A stretch of DNA of 56,444 nt, the filler included, from Tortispora ganteri (lineage: Eukaryota): NCBI GenBank assembly GCA_003707115.1. It is 5 parts of 5 records of this genome, joined end to end, with 100 filler letters (N's around TTAATTAATTAA, not from the genome) between each part and the next. Parts side by side here need not be neighbours in the genome. Positions count along the whole stretch, not along the records: positions 30,697 to 56,444 come from PPNB01000043.1; 4 more parts are not named here. One strand, 5' to 3'. Shown here in pieces: positions 33,090-44,114 of this stretch; within the stretch, counting starts at the first letter, position 1; each line of letters opens with the position of its first letter. The notes below the pieces were generated by a model. The model was not told where the DNA came from and made no database searches. It saw only the letters and a list, made by a program, of their open reading frames with translations. The position numbers and the translations under genes were made by a program.

Positions 33090-33729
33090 TATTGAGAAGT
33101 GGTGAGAAACTGCGGATATTGTCAATTGTGAAATGTATTATATAGTAAGTGCAGATGGTCCCTTTGGATACAGAATCTGGATTTCTGTGCCAGGAGCGAG
33201 CAGCTATAGTAGGGTGCATTCAGCCCTTGAGGATACTTGACTATACCTGTGGCCAGGGTGCACGATGATTTCATGGATTGTACAATAAACAGACGCTTCA
33301 GTATACTTGCATATGCGTGCATATGTGAACACGCTCATACAAGTGGTTGTACATGCACTTGCACGTACAGCTACAGCTATATGTTTGCCTTTGTATATAC
33401 TCTAAAGCGCATATATAGTCTATGCGAGATTGACTATTCTGATCAATCATTTAGGGATCTTCATCGTTTAGTTAGATCCCTAAGGGCAGATGGCTCGAAT
33501 AAGGTTCACCAACGGACGCCTCTAATTGATCAATCAACCTGCCAATAAGTTGGGGGTCCAACTGTCGCTGAATTTCTGTCTTTTGCTATTGTTTTGGCCA
33601 AAATTTGTACTGTTCTTTAGAACCAACCAAACATAAAAAGAAAACGAATAAAATAGCCAAAATAATCAAAAATTGTTGAAACGGCTAAATAATTAAGAAC
33701 TATTGTTCTCACGGGACCAGTAAACAGCA

Positions 33730-34643
33730 ATGGCGGACTTCCTATCACGTAAGTATACACATATAGTTGCAGAATGAATGCCTTAGACTAACTTTTTTGG
33801 TTAGAGATATTTAAACCTGGGCTAGACTACAATCATGCCGATGATACTAAGTACAAGCAGTTGCGAGATGCTGCGAATGCGGAATACGAACAAAAGAAGT
33901 ATTTCTCAGAGAAATCACAAACCGCGTATCATGCAGATGACCATGATGCCGCGAAGGAGTACAGCCAAAAAGCCGCTGAACATGAGCAGAAAATGGATGA
34001 ATACAACCGTCAAGCGGCCGAATTTGTGTTTCGCGCAAACAATGCTGATTCAGATCCCGACGAGATCGATCTTCATGGGCTTTACGTAAAAGAAGCCGAA
34101 GAGTATCTTACAGTACGAATTCGTGCAGCCAAGGCGCGTGGTGACGATCATCTAGAGGCGATTGTCGGAAAAGGGATACATTCCGAGAACCATGTGCAAA
34201 AACTCAAACCTGCTGTTGAAAACCTCTGTAGAGAACTAGGGTTTCGCTACTCTATGGATGAAAACAATGCCGGTGTTATTGTGATTGACTTGAAGTCTTC
34301 GGGCGGTCAGGTACCGTTCGATCAGCTGCCAAGTAAGGGCAAGACAGGAAGATATCAAGGATACCAAGGGAATCAAGGCTATAGTCAGCCTTTTCAACCT
34401 AATCAAAGCTATAATCAGGCTTTTCAACCTAATCAAGGCTATAATCAGGCTTTTCAACCTAATCAAGGCTATAATCAGGCTCCACATCCTGCCCAAGGAT
34501 ACAATCAATCCTCTCAAAACCAAAATAAACCCAATGGCAGTGGGTTTAATATGAAAGCACATGTCAAAAAATACGCTAAGAGAATAATCAGGCGGAAAAT
34601 CAACCAGTTCTTCAGACGATTGTTTGGCGTGGGATGCCTTTAG
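33730..34643 (+). CDS. DUF1771 + Smr domain protein (YPL199C-like), 285 aa; exons 33730-33748 and 33805-34643
   Basis: 56-nt intron GTAAGT...GACTAAC...TAG gives MADFLSQIFKPGLDYNHADD; QAAEFVF..NNAD, EIDLHGLYVKEA, IVGKGIHS, KLKPAV. Confidence 0.9.
34371..34510 (+). repeat. Coding 30-bp tandem repeat (NQGYNQAFQP), about 4.5 copies
   Basis: aatcaaggctataatcaggcttttcaacct-type units start at 34371, 34401, 34431 and 34461, with a partial unit at 34491. Confidence 0.92.
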
Positions 34644-34649
34644 GTATTA

Positions 34650-35474
34650 TTACAAGCTGTTATTCAAGTATTCTCCGAACACAGGCATTATTCTATCGAT
34701 ATCAAGTGTCCTTGTCTTGTAGAGCCCGGTAAATGATCTTCGCAGCCTATGAAGTGTGCCTATAGAGATCTGATTTGCTGGTAGTTCGATCACGAGGTCG
34801 TAACCTGGCAGTAAGAACGTTGCAGCACCGTTCTTGCTAGCTTCTGCGAGTTGTTTAACTATTTCTGTAGTTCTAGCCTCTAATTCCGTTAAATATGATG
34901 ATTCTGCAGCAGGTTTAAGGATAGTAGCCTGATTTGGCGCCGGTGGTTTTTTGAATATTAGCTGGTCCCATATCTCATCAATCGGTAAGTCTTTATCGAA
35001 ATAAGGCACAATAAAACAAGGCGAGTCCCATCGATTCCGACCATCTGGTTCTTCATATCTCATAATCATTGCGTCTAATAAATCCTGTGGCCATTTAGTG
35101 TTCCATTCACGACACTTATCGGGTGGTGCGCCGACATGTACCACACAATAAGTTGTTGATAAAGCCTTCGCCTCGCAGAATAATTGATACCTAAATCCTT
35201 TTATATAATTTGGTGCATCTAAAATCACAATATCACTCTTACTCAATAATTTCTTCACAGCACTCATTTCTGCTCCACGTATCATTTTTTCGTCTTTGCT
35301 CTCCCGGTACTGATCTCGACTATATCCTAAAATCTCATCGTTCACCACATGTACCTTATATTTTCTTACCGGTAAATCCGCATTTTCTACTGCTTTCTCC
35401 AACAGCGTTCGTAGCTGCTCAGCCCTCTTAGTTTTGCCACTGCAAGGATACCCTGTCACTACAATAAGTGGCAT
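34650..35474 (-). CDS. KTI12: Elongator-associated protein Kti12
   Basis: MPLIVVTGYPCSGKT P-loop, YIKGFRYQLFCEAK, RYEEPDGRNRWDSP. Confidence 0.95.
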   Translation of the reverse strand: MPLIVVTGYPCSGKTKRAEQLRTLLEKAVENADLPVRKYKVHVVNDEILGYSRDQYRESKDEKMIRGAEMSAVKKLLSKSDIVILDAPNYIKGFRYQLFCEAKALSTTYCVVHVGAPPDKCREWNTKWPQDLLDAMIMRYEEPDGRNRWDSPCFIVPYFDKDLPIDEIWDQLIFKKPPAPNQATILKPAAESSYLTELEARTTEIVKQLAEASKNGAATFLLPGYDLVIELPANQISIGTLHRLRRSFTGLYKTRTLDIDRIMPVFGEYLNNSL

Positions 35475-35581
35475 GTCGGTGAGTAGGTAGTAAGTGCTGC
35501 TAAGTATAAAAGCACTAAAACACCAAATACTACTTTCTACATATCATCGTATATTCATATCGTACATGGTCATATTATACG

Positions 35582-38196
35582 TTAAACAATCCAATCACCC
35601 TCTGAAAATGAACAGAACCTACTGTGACTTGCAGGCCGTTCTATGTCCTCATGTAACTCCTCCGACAGCACTCGTCGCGTCATTGCACTGCTACCGCCAT
35701 TACCACCGCCACCTCCCGCAGGTTTAACATCTGAAGCAAACTTGAACGCAGACCTGTGGTCATCCATCAATAACATAAGACTCTCGAGGTAACGGTCTGC
35801 GGGCAAGCCATTATGCTGTGTACTGTCATTGTTGTTGTTGTTGTTGTTGTTGTCCTGTACCACAGCAGGTTCATTCAGTTCTAGCGGTGGTACCCTATTA
35901 GCCCAACTCATAATACTCCGTTCAGACTCTACAGCCGCGCTGTCTCCGCTAGTACACCGGCTACCCATATCTAGCGCGTCAAGTAAATTTCCGCTACCCT
36001 TGGGCTCACTGATCCCCATGCTCGACTGCAGGTCGAAATCATCAAACTTATGGCCAGCTAGTTCAAGCGACTTCTCCAGCGATGTCATGTTCTCCGGACC
36101 CATGTCAAACCGCGCAGCAGGTACTTCGCCAGCAGAAGATGACGGCGGAGTCGGGAAAACGTTCCGTTGATGGTAGTTAGCTAATGACGAACTGTTCTGT
36201 CGACTCAAATCTCCACATGGCAGCATCTGGTTCAATGTCAAAGGCGAATCGTCGTGCGAACCATCTTCCATGCCCAGCACACTGTCGCATAGTTTCTCCA
36301 GATGCTGGTACTCGTTAGCCGTTAGTCCAGGGTTGTCCAGGATACACGCAAGGCACGTGTATACTTGTTTCCGAGCGTCTTTGATCAAAGTGCCGTCTTT
36401 CGGGTAGTCAATCGCCCCATAAAGAATAGTCAAGCAGCAGGTACCTGCTAAACGCGCTAGTGATGTTGGGAACGCCCACCTGAAGTCAGATCCGGATTTC
36501 TCTAGGTCTCTGATAAATGCAAGCAGCTGTGCAATGCTCTTGGCCGATTTCAAAAGCATTGTCAAGGACGAAGACTTGATGTCAGGCAGTTCTGTACACA
36601 GCAGCGGTCGGTGAAGTAACAATTTCGTGTACTGGTACAACATGCATAGCATTGCTGCACTATTCCTAACGTTAGGATCGGCCTTGACACTATCGTCGAT
36701 AAATTCGAGCTTCATGTCCGACGGCAGCGACGCACGCCAGGCGTGCAGATCGTCTTCGACCTTATGGATGTTCTGAATATACTGTGTGCGGTTCACAGGC
36801 AGGTAAAAGTCATCGAGTATACGTGCCTGGATTCTAGATAGTTCAATCAGCTTCAAAAAGGAAAAGATGCGCGTGTGCGTACCATTGTTAGGGTTCCCAC
36901 CAGATCCTGTGAGATCGTCGGCAATGAACAGGTCATCGACGTCGGATGGAATGGCACATTCCAGACTGTCATCATGTAAGGATCTTGGCGTACCCAATGC
37001 AGCACTTGAAGCGCAGTCCAAAATGTAGGTGCACCAAAATACTCTTCGTCGAAGTTCCTTCTCAAGGATAGGAAACTCGAAAGCCTTCTGGCACTGGTTG
37101 AGGCCTAGACGAGACACTAGTCCAACAGCTATCATTTTGTAGTGGTGCATCTCAGAAGTAGCTCCCACCAAAGCGAGATCGATCTGTGCAAGGATAGCTA
37201 TTTGAAGTGAAACAAGTGTCGGTTTCTTGATGACCTGGTCGATGTCCTGCTGCCAAACTTGTTCAAAGGGGTTTGAGGTCTTACATGATCGCGAAGATAT
37301 CGACAAGACAAGATTAAGCAGGACGTTGAAAACTGGATCGACTTTTGAGGGGTCTGAATAAGCGGAATTTAGAGCCGTGTAGAATGAAGGTTCGTGTAAT
37401 ACTGGAAAAAGTTCCCAGGATTGGAAATAGCTGTGCACTAGCGGATCGACTACTGCTCTAGCAGGTAGTGGAGTAAAACTGCCTCTGTCATCTGAAAGCT
37501 TGAAATTATTAAAGTGATTAACAGATTGCGGTTGCTCGAACAGTCGTCCAGCGAGGACGTATAACCGGGAGTATTTTTCGCCGATCTTTTTGGTGAATAA
37601 TTCGCCAAAAGTGCGACCAGAACTTGCACCTTCAAAAGTTCCATCAGATGCGAGTGATGATGTTTCACGCATAATCAACGGGACGGCAGGCTGGGCGACA
37701 TCTGACCCGCCACAATCTGGTACTGTTTTGCGTTTTTTGCCAGCGGTGCATTTCAAAGTGGCAGATGAGTCTAACATGCTAGCGCGATCGAGGCGATCTT
37801 CTTTCTCATCAAGTAACTCCTTGAGTTTACGGTTATTGTCTTCGAGCTCTTTGACCAGTTTCTCAAGTGATTCTGTATACCCGCGCGGGTATGCTCTGCG
37901 TGACAGCTTGTCTGAGACTTTGCAGTCGAAGCCGACGGCAGCGCAATGACCACACGCAGGCCGTTTACCGTCACATTTAACTTTTTTCGACCTACAGCGG
38001 TCACACGCTTGGGCTATACGCTCGGTCATTGCACCTGGTGGTTTAATCATTTTCCTGGAAAACAAGTTAGTAACATGTGGTGGTGCTAGTGGAGATGCGT
38101 GGAATAAAAAGAGACGCAAGCTCTGGGACTATGTGGGTTTGACCGGGGGCAAGGTCCCACGAGAGATACTTACCAGGACTGTGCACCGTCAGGCAT
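35582..38196 (-). CDS. CAT8: Zn(II)2Cys6 transcription factor, Cat8/Sip4/FacB family, 831 aa; exons 38196-38174 and 38054-35582
   Basis: [45 protein letters not shown] signature; fungal TF middle domain (RRRVFWC); 119-nt intron GTAAGT...TACTAAC...CAG gives [23 protein letters not shown]. Confidence 0.82.
35828..35851 (-). repeat. (AAC)n microsatellite encoding 8 Asn in the Cat8-like protein
   Basis: att(gtt)7 on the + strand. Confidence 0.9.
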
Positions 38197-39801
38197 TGTT
38201 ATTTTGTGCAATAAAAACAGGTGTAATTGTACAGTAATACTATCGTACGAGTGGCGTGAAAAATGCGATCCCAGGGAATGCAGGTGGTTATTGTGGCTGC
38301 ACAGGGAAGGGGAGTTTGTGGTGGTGTCAGTACAGAGAAACTAGTAGCAGAAACTATTGAGGCAAGTTAAAGCAGTAATAAGCGTCCAAATATCGTGCGA
38401 TAACGATACAATTGTGTAGTTGCTGTAGATATAAAGTAAGGGGACTGTAGGGGTTTATATTGGCCGCTATGAAAATAGCCCCTCTTCACGAATGCGGTTC
38501 TTAGAGTCTGTTGCAATGCTAGTAAGATAATCCGAGCCACATCATAACCCCATAACAAGATGCAACCTAGCAACCTTAAAATCTGGGGTAAATACCCTCA
38601 CCCTAAATACATCATTTATTATTGGGTAATGACTCTTTTTAACCTTCATGAAACTTTTTCATTCAACTTTCGTATTCTTTTAGTTCTTTCCTCATTTGGA
38701 TACCGGCTCTCTAATTGCCGTCGTCCAACTGCCAGAATCATTGTCTTACTACGATGTAGTCTTGCGGAGTTTGGTACGCATTTCATCCGGACACAGCCAT
38801 ACATGCTCGTTCAAATGCATAACAGTCGCGATTGATTCTTGGTTTATTGAGTACAATTGCCTTGATTATTGTTCGCGAGCTGTTCAGGACGTTTGAAACT
38901 ATTCTTTCGGCCCCGAACCTCATAGAACCGTCCCAAGATCCCGATCGCTATATCTGCTCGCAGTGCACATAGCGCACGCAGCATTTCGGACATCGCATCA
39001 CCCCTGGCGGGCTTTCTACATAAACAATATTGTCCATGAGTGAAAGCTCTACATAGCTATACTGGGCAGGTGGGGCGGGTTTAAAGCTTGCGTTGTTTCG
39101 ACTTTAGAGTTCATGGAAGAAAGGAGAAATTGGAAAAAATAAAGATAAAAAGAAAAGCACAATAAAACCTCTGACGAGGCCTTATTAGTCTCGAATTAAC
39201 CCGTCTCTCCCGCACAAACTGTTGCCACCTAGTGGTAATTGATATTTATATTAGGGGAATATGATACAAAAAATGCATATTACTATTAATCAGGATATGT
39301 AATACCATAATTTCGTGGTGAATTAGCACTGATGGTAGTTTCGCTAATAGCAAAAGTAAGTTTTATTGCGGAGATCGTGATCTTGTAAAAACTCAGTTTT
39401 TTGATTGGTCATGATATTTTTTGTCCGAGCACTCCTCCGTTCGAACATTGTCCTCCCACATTACCCCAGAAACTTTAATAACGGTGATCCGCACGGTAAT
39501 TGGCCTTCAGTCCTTGGACTCATCGTTCAGCAGATCATTAGAACACATGAGTAATGCCGTTGCTCGCTTCCACCCCGCATCGCAGAGTGTTTCAGCTTCC
39601 CAGATAGCACTAGCGCATATAGAGAGTGCCCACTATCAGAATCTGTACCGCCTTGCAAATCGCCTAACAAATCACTTGCTATCGATGTACAATTCAAGAT
39701 GCATATCAGATTGTTTTCTAGTTCATTCGGTTCCGGTCGCGCGAAATTCTATGCTTTCGAGTCCATAGGACGCTCCGAAGGATCACGCCTCACTTTAAAA
39801 G

Positions 39802-41490
39802 CTAATTAACAGGATGAGATTTAGCTTCAGCAATTGTATCCTCAGGCGAGTACGCATATTTCGAGTAAGAACGGATCTTTGCACCATAGAAATAAAAAGT
39901 AAACGGAATCACACAGCATGCAAGCGCAATAAAAGCAAGCAGTGATGATGCCCAACGCGGATTTAACTTATGATACATCTGGATCGTGAATAATGTTACG
40001 CCAGCTCCCCAGAAGGACCGCAAAAATGTCTTCGCTGCCAATGCACTAGCCGCATAATGCTGGTATGAATCAACAATGTAATTATTAGCAGCATTATATA
40101 ATATAGTGAAACCAATACCACACGGGAACGATCCCAGAATAGGCGCAATCCATGGAAGATGCGGATATGATGTCCATGCAAATATAAATAAACCAATTGG
40201 CAAAGTCCAACATCCAAACATCATAGGAATAAGACGTAATTCGGCAGGTGGGTACTTACCCTGGTCAAGGTAAACTTTGGCTCGCTTATTATAGTCTTTA
40301 TTCACAATCGGCGAAAGGAAACCAGCTAAAATCGTGCCAATTGCAATGCCAAGGAAAGCACATCCGGTCAAACCGGCATTCCAGCCCTTATCTTCTTGGA
40401 AAACAATAGGGAACGCAAGAAAAAACATGTAGATGAGGCCGTAGATAACCGACATGTAAATAGTCAGCAAAAACACAATTAGCTCGCCGAAAAGCAGTAC
40501 GAAAGGTCTGGTAAGAGATATTATCGTGATCTGCTTTAAAGATAAAGGTGCAATCTCATTGTCGGTCTTGTATGAATCATCGTTAGTCTCATTGCGCAGC
40601 TTTTTAGCCCTTCGCTTTAGGATTGTTGGCGCATGGGTTTCTGGAATCATTGTCACCATCACTGCAGTGGCTGCAGAAAATATAAAGAAAACCCAGTAAA
40701 TCCATCTCCAGCCTTTCTTCATTCCAATAAAACCACCAATAAGCGGACCCATTACAGGACCTAGGAAAGGTGCACATGAGAAGACAGCCATAGCGATACC
40801 ACGGTCCTCCTCACTCCACATATCAGCGAGCGTACCCCCAACTAGTGTTATAGGTGCCGAAAATGCAATACCGTCAATGAGGCGACATACAATAAGTGTC
40901 CCGATATTAGGAGCCACAGCACATGGAATTACAAATATAGCAGCGACAAGGAAGGTAGAAGCATATATTATGCGACGGCCTACTAATTCAGACAGAGGTG
41001 CAAAAACCATTGGCCCTACACCAAATCCGACCACAAATAGACACATTTGTAGAATAGAGACTTCCATGGATACATTGAAAGTTTCCACTGGTCCTTCTAA
41101 ATCACCAGTGACAATGGCGGAACCAAGAGCGACAATGAAGCAAGTGAATCCGACACCGACAGTGATGAGCCACTTTTTCGTTTTGGGCCATTGTCGAGGA
41201 TCGCTCTTGTCGTGGGTTTTAAAAGTGACCAGTTTGACACCATCTGGCCGCTTAATGTAGCCCAATTCCGTTTCGACGACATACTCGGCCACATCGACAT
41301 TAGGATTGTGAATGTCGACGCTAAGAGGGAAGTTCATCGCATCCACGGGCTCAACATGCGACGAGGCACTATGCAGTGCCGGCTGATTAGCCGTGGAAAC
41401 AGCTGAGAGAGAAGGTTCTACTACCATATGTTTTTCAGGGTCATTTTGCCCACCTTGGAGCTGTTGCACTTCTTCGTCGTAGTCAGTCAT
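39802..41490 (-). CDS. MFS drug:H+ antiporter DHA1 family (Tpo2/Tpo3-like)
   Basis: DPRQWP..KKW, LFVVGFGVGPMVFAPLSELVGRR, WRWIYW, PETHAP, PPAELRL, DSYQHYAASALAA. Confidence 0.9.
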   Translation of the reverse strand: MTDYDEEVQQLQGGQNDPEKHMVVEPSLSAVSTANQPALHSASSHVEPVDAMNFPLSVDIHNPNVDVAEYVVETELGYIKRPDGVKLVTFKTHDKSDPRQWPKTKKWLITVGVGFTCFIVALGSAIVTGDLEGPVETFNVSMEVSILQMCLFVVGFGVGPMVFAPLSELVGRRIIYASTFLVAAIFVIPCAVAPNIGTLIVCRLIDGIAFSAPITLVGGTLADMWSEEDRGIAMAVFSCAPFLGPVMGPLIGGFIGMKKGWRWIYWVFFIFSAATAVMVTMIPETHAPTILKRRAKKLRNETNDDSYKTDNEIAPLSLKQITIISLTRPFVLLFGELIVFLLTIYMSVIYGLIYMFFLAFPIVFQEDKGWNAGLTGCAFLGIAIGTILAGFLSPIVNKDYNKRAKVYLDQGKYPPAELRLIPMMFGCWTLPIGLFIFAWTSYPHLPWIAPILGSFPCGIGFTILYNAANNYIVDSYQHYAASALAAKTFLRSFWGAGVTLFTIQMYHKLNPRWASSLLAFIALACCVIPFTFYFYGAKIRSYSKYAYSPEDTIAEAKSHPVN

Positions 41491-41756
41491 TGCTCAGCTC
41501 AGGTTATGCAGCGAAAGCAATATTTAATGAATTGAACTGAGTACAAAAATCCGGCAGTAGATAACAATCCAGATGCTAATGGAACAAAATATATAATTCC
41601 ATAAAACATTTCCGCACCGCTTTATATAAAAGTTATTCCTGGTAAAATTGGAGTCCGCTAGTGATGCCGACTAACCGATTGCTGTGTTTTAATTGGATCC
41701 GCCAAGAAGTCACAAAAGAAGTTAGCAGTTTCTATTGGTCCACATTTTTATTTAAG

Positions 41757-42809
41757 TTATGAGAAGATCTCTTCGACAAGGTCGCGTTCGGCACCAGTCA
41801 AAACAGAAAGATTGCCATAATTGGCCAAATTCAAGTAAATTTCCGCTATAGCTTTCGCTATTGGTGTAGCGCGAGGTCTGAATGCAGCAAAATCTGGGTC
41901 AGTTAGATCAACCTTGCGACCTTGCAACAATAATTGCAGATGTTCAGCCTCAGGATCGGAATCGGTACTCTGGGTCACAGTGTCTTCGATTATATCTAAA
42001 CCGTCGGACTCACCGACTGCAAGCAGGAGCACAAAATTGGAATGCCATCCAGAGACATCGTATGTTATTTTAGGTGTGCCGTAATTGGCGGTGTAGTATG
42101 CAAACTTTAACCGGAGTCCGGCAGGTTCGTCTTGGAGCAGGTCCAGTGGGTAATAGTGCAAATCGTCTAGTGGTACCGAGATTTGGCGTTTATGTTTTGG
42201 AATAAATCCATAGTTAAACAAGTACTCATTCATGTCGCGATCGCCATATGAAATACAGATCTCTGTGTTGCTGGCAATGTCAGTACTGGATATCAGTTGC
42301 ACGGACTCGCCATTCGCGGAAAGCGTGTAGCGCGCGTTTGGCGAGTCGCTGTGATTTGCCATGTCAATACCAGGCACAATTGCTCGTTGCGGTATTGCTG
42401 TAGGTAGTTCGAGAGCACGAGACATTACCCATTGTGCAGGCAGTTTGAGGTTTTCAGGTATGGCGGCGCGGATACCTTCGACGGCGCGTGCTATAGAGGA
42501 ACCAGCTAAGGTATGTTGAATTTTGTCCGCATCCCAACCAAGTGGATTAATTGGTTCTTTGGGGAGTAGTGCTATATACTGCGACCATTTAGTGCCGACG
42601 GCTAGGTCAAGGAGCTTGTGCGCTAGGTCAAGTATTTGCTGAACAGAGCTGTCCTTAGATGGAGTGGCGATTAGAGATAACATCGGAGTTTCAACAAGTA
42701 TTGTATTTTCTACCACATTCTCGGTGGTGAATAATCCGTTGCCATTATTTTGATCGGCTGCGATGCGTGTTTGGTTAAGTTTTATTTCAAGCTGGTCAAG
42801 CCAGGACAT
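41757..42809 (-). CDS. SET-domain protein lysine methyltransferase (Rkm/SETD-like)
   Basis: GNGLF, WSQYIALLP, VMSRAL, IVPGIDMANHS, EICISYG, YLFNYGF. Confidence 0.82.
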   Translation of the reverse strand: MSWLDQLEIKLNQTRIAADQNNGNGLFTTENVVENTILVETPMLSLIATPSKDSSVQQILDLAHKLLDLAVGTKWSQYIALLPKEPINPLGWDADKIQHTLAGSSIARAVEGIRAAIPENLKLPAQWVMSRALELPTAIPQRAIVPGIDMANHSDSPNARYTLSANGESVQLISSTDIASNTEICISYGDRDMNEYLFNYGFIPKHKRQISVPLDDLHYYPLDLLQDEPAGLRLKFAYYTANYGTPKITYDVSGWHSNFVLLLAVGESDGLDIIEDTVTQSTDSDPEAEHLQLLLQGRKVDLTDPDFAAFRPRATPIAKAIAEIYLNLANYGNLSVLTGAERDLVEEIFS

Positions 42810-42908
42810 GTCGATAGGTAGAGTTAAGGTAAAGTGTAAATAGCATGGTTTTCTTATACTGCAACTAGTACATTGAAAACAAATGTAGTGATCATTAGCT
42901 CATTAATT

Positions 42909-43667
42909 TTATTTAAATATCTCATAGCCATAAACCATACTTCGTATTTGGGCCGTGTTAGGGTCTTCTTTCTCGGTGAACATCGGTGACCATTTCTCTT
43001 CGACGACCTGCGTGACGTTAAACCCGCGAGCCTTAGCATTATCGAAAAATGCAAGATCTGCATGCAGCAAATGTGGTCTGTGCGGGGTGAAAAATACTAT
43101 TGCTACACCTGTATCCGATATTGTGCGCTCAATTGTCTTAAGCAACTTGTCGTGCTCAGTGTGGTTGAATATCAGATCTGCAAGGATAATCAGGTCGAAC
43201 CTGTGGCCATTGTTTGCGGCAATGATCTCGTCGACATCATTACCCCATATCAACCCGCACACTTTCAGTCGCTTTTGAATATCTGCGTTCATAAACGTCA
43301 CATTCTCGTTTAGGTTAGCGATCAAGTCTGGATCTGGATAATCCGTGAGCACGACATTAGATGCTACAATGGCGCTTACTAATCCTGGAACGCCAGCACC
43401 CGCACCAAGTTCAAGCACGCTCTTTCCAGCACATAAACGATCCCTGTGCTTGTCTATGTATCGTGCACAAGATTTTCCCGCGTTCCACAGCAAATGTCCC
43501 CATAGCGGACTCTTGCCAACAAGCCGCACTTTCACTGACTTCACAGGTGAATTATTTGCTACTTCAGCATCACGTTCAAATATGTCAAACGTCGGCGGTG
43601 GAGGTTTAGCATAAAATCCTTCTGGTTCCGCAAACAAATCTCCAAGTCCTTCTGAGTCATCAGACAT
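42909..43667 (-). CDS. EFM7: Protein N-terminal/lysine methyltransferase Efm7 (Nnt1)
   Basis: RLVGKSPLWGHLLWNAG, VLELGAGAGVP, TDYPDPDL, ADLIFNHTEHDKLL, FFTPHRP. Confidence 0.92.
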   Translation of the reverse strand: MSDDSEGLGDLFAEPEGFYAKPPPPTFDIFERDAEVANNSPVKSVKVRLVGKSPLWGHLLWNAGKSCARYIDKHRDRLCAGKSVLELGAGAGVPGLVSAIVASNVVLTDYPDPDLIANLNENVTFMNADIQKRLKVCGLIWGNDVDEIIAANNGHRFDLIILADLIFNHTEHDKLLKTIERTISDTGVAIVFFTPHRPHLLHADLAFFDNAKARGFNVTQVVEEKWSPMFTEKEDPNTAQIRSMVYGYEIFK

Positions 43668-44114
43668 ATTGTATTTGTCGCTTACATAGAATATACCTTA
43701 GGAATCGGTCTCTCTGTAATTTTGACCCCCTGGCAACCACACCAAGCTTAGCTATTTAGCTGCCGTCACGTCAACAACTAATTGTCGAATTTATTGTTTT
43801 ATACCAAAATTAATCGTTTTTGAAACAATTATTTTAATCAGATACTACTGACTGCTGAACTCTATGCTGAAATTTTAATTGCCATCCAAGGATCCTAGGT
43901 ATACTTACACTCTGAGTCAATTTCTTTGATTTCATTACACGACATCGCAGATTGGTCTACAAAGGTATATTAATATGCTCAATAACTCAACCAAAAACTG
44001 ATAAATCGTTTCTTCTACAAGAATGGTACTACTCATAATGAAAAAGGTCTATTAAATGCTAGTTTCTGATATACTTCATAATTATCCAGCAACTGCTACA
44101 ATAACCACGGTCTA

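Noticed and set aside
38166..38177. ATACTTACCAGG resembling the U1 snRNA 5' end
   Set aside because: It is the reverse complement of the CAT8-like intron donor; no U1 stem-loops or Sm site follow
39421..39768. 115-aa ORF downstream of the DHA1 transporter
   Set aside because: TTG start, no motifs; probably spurious
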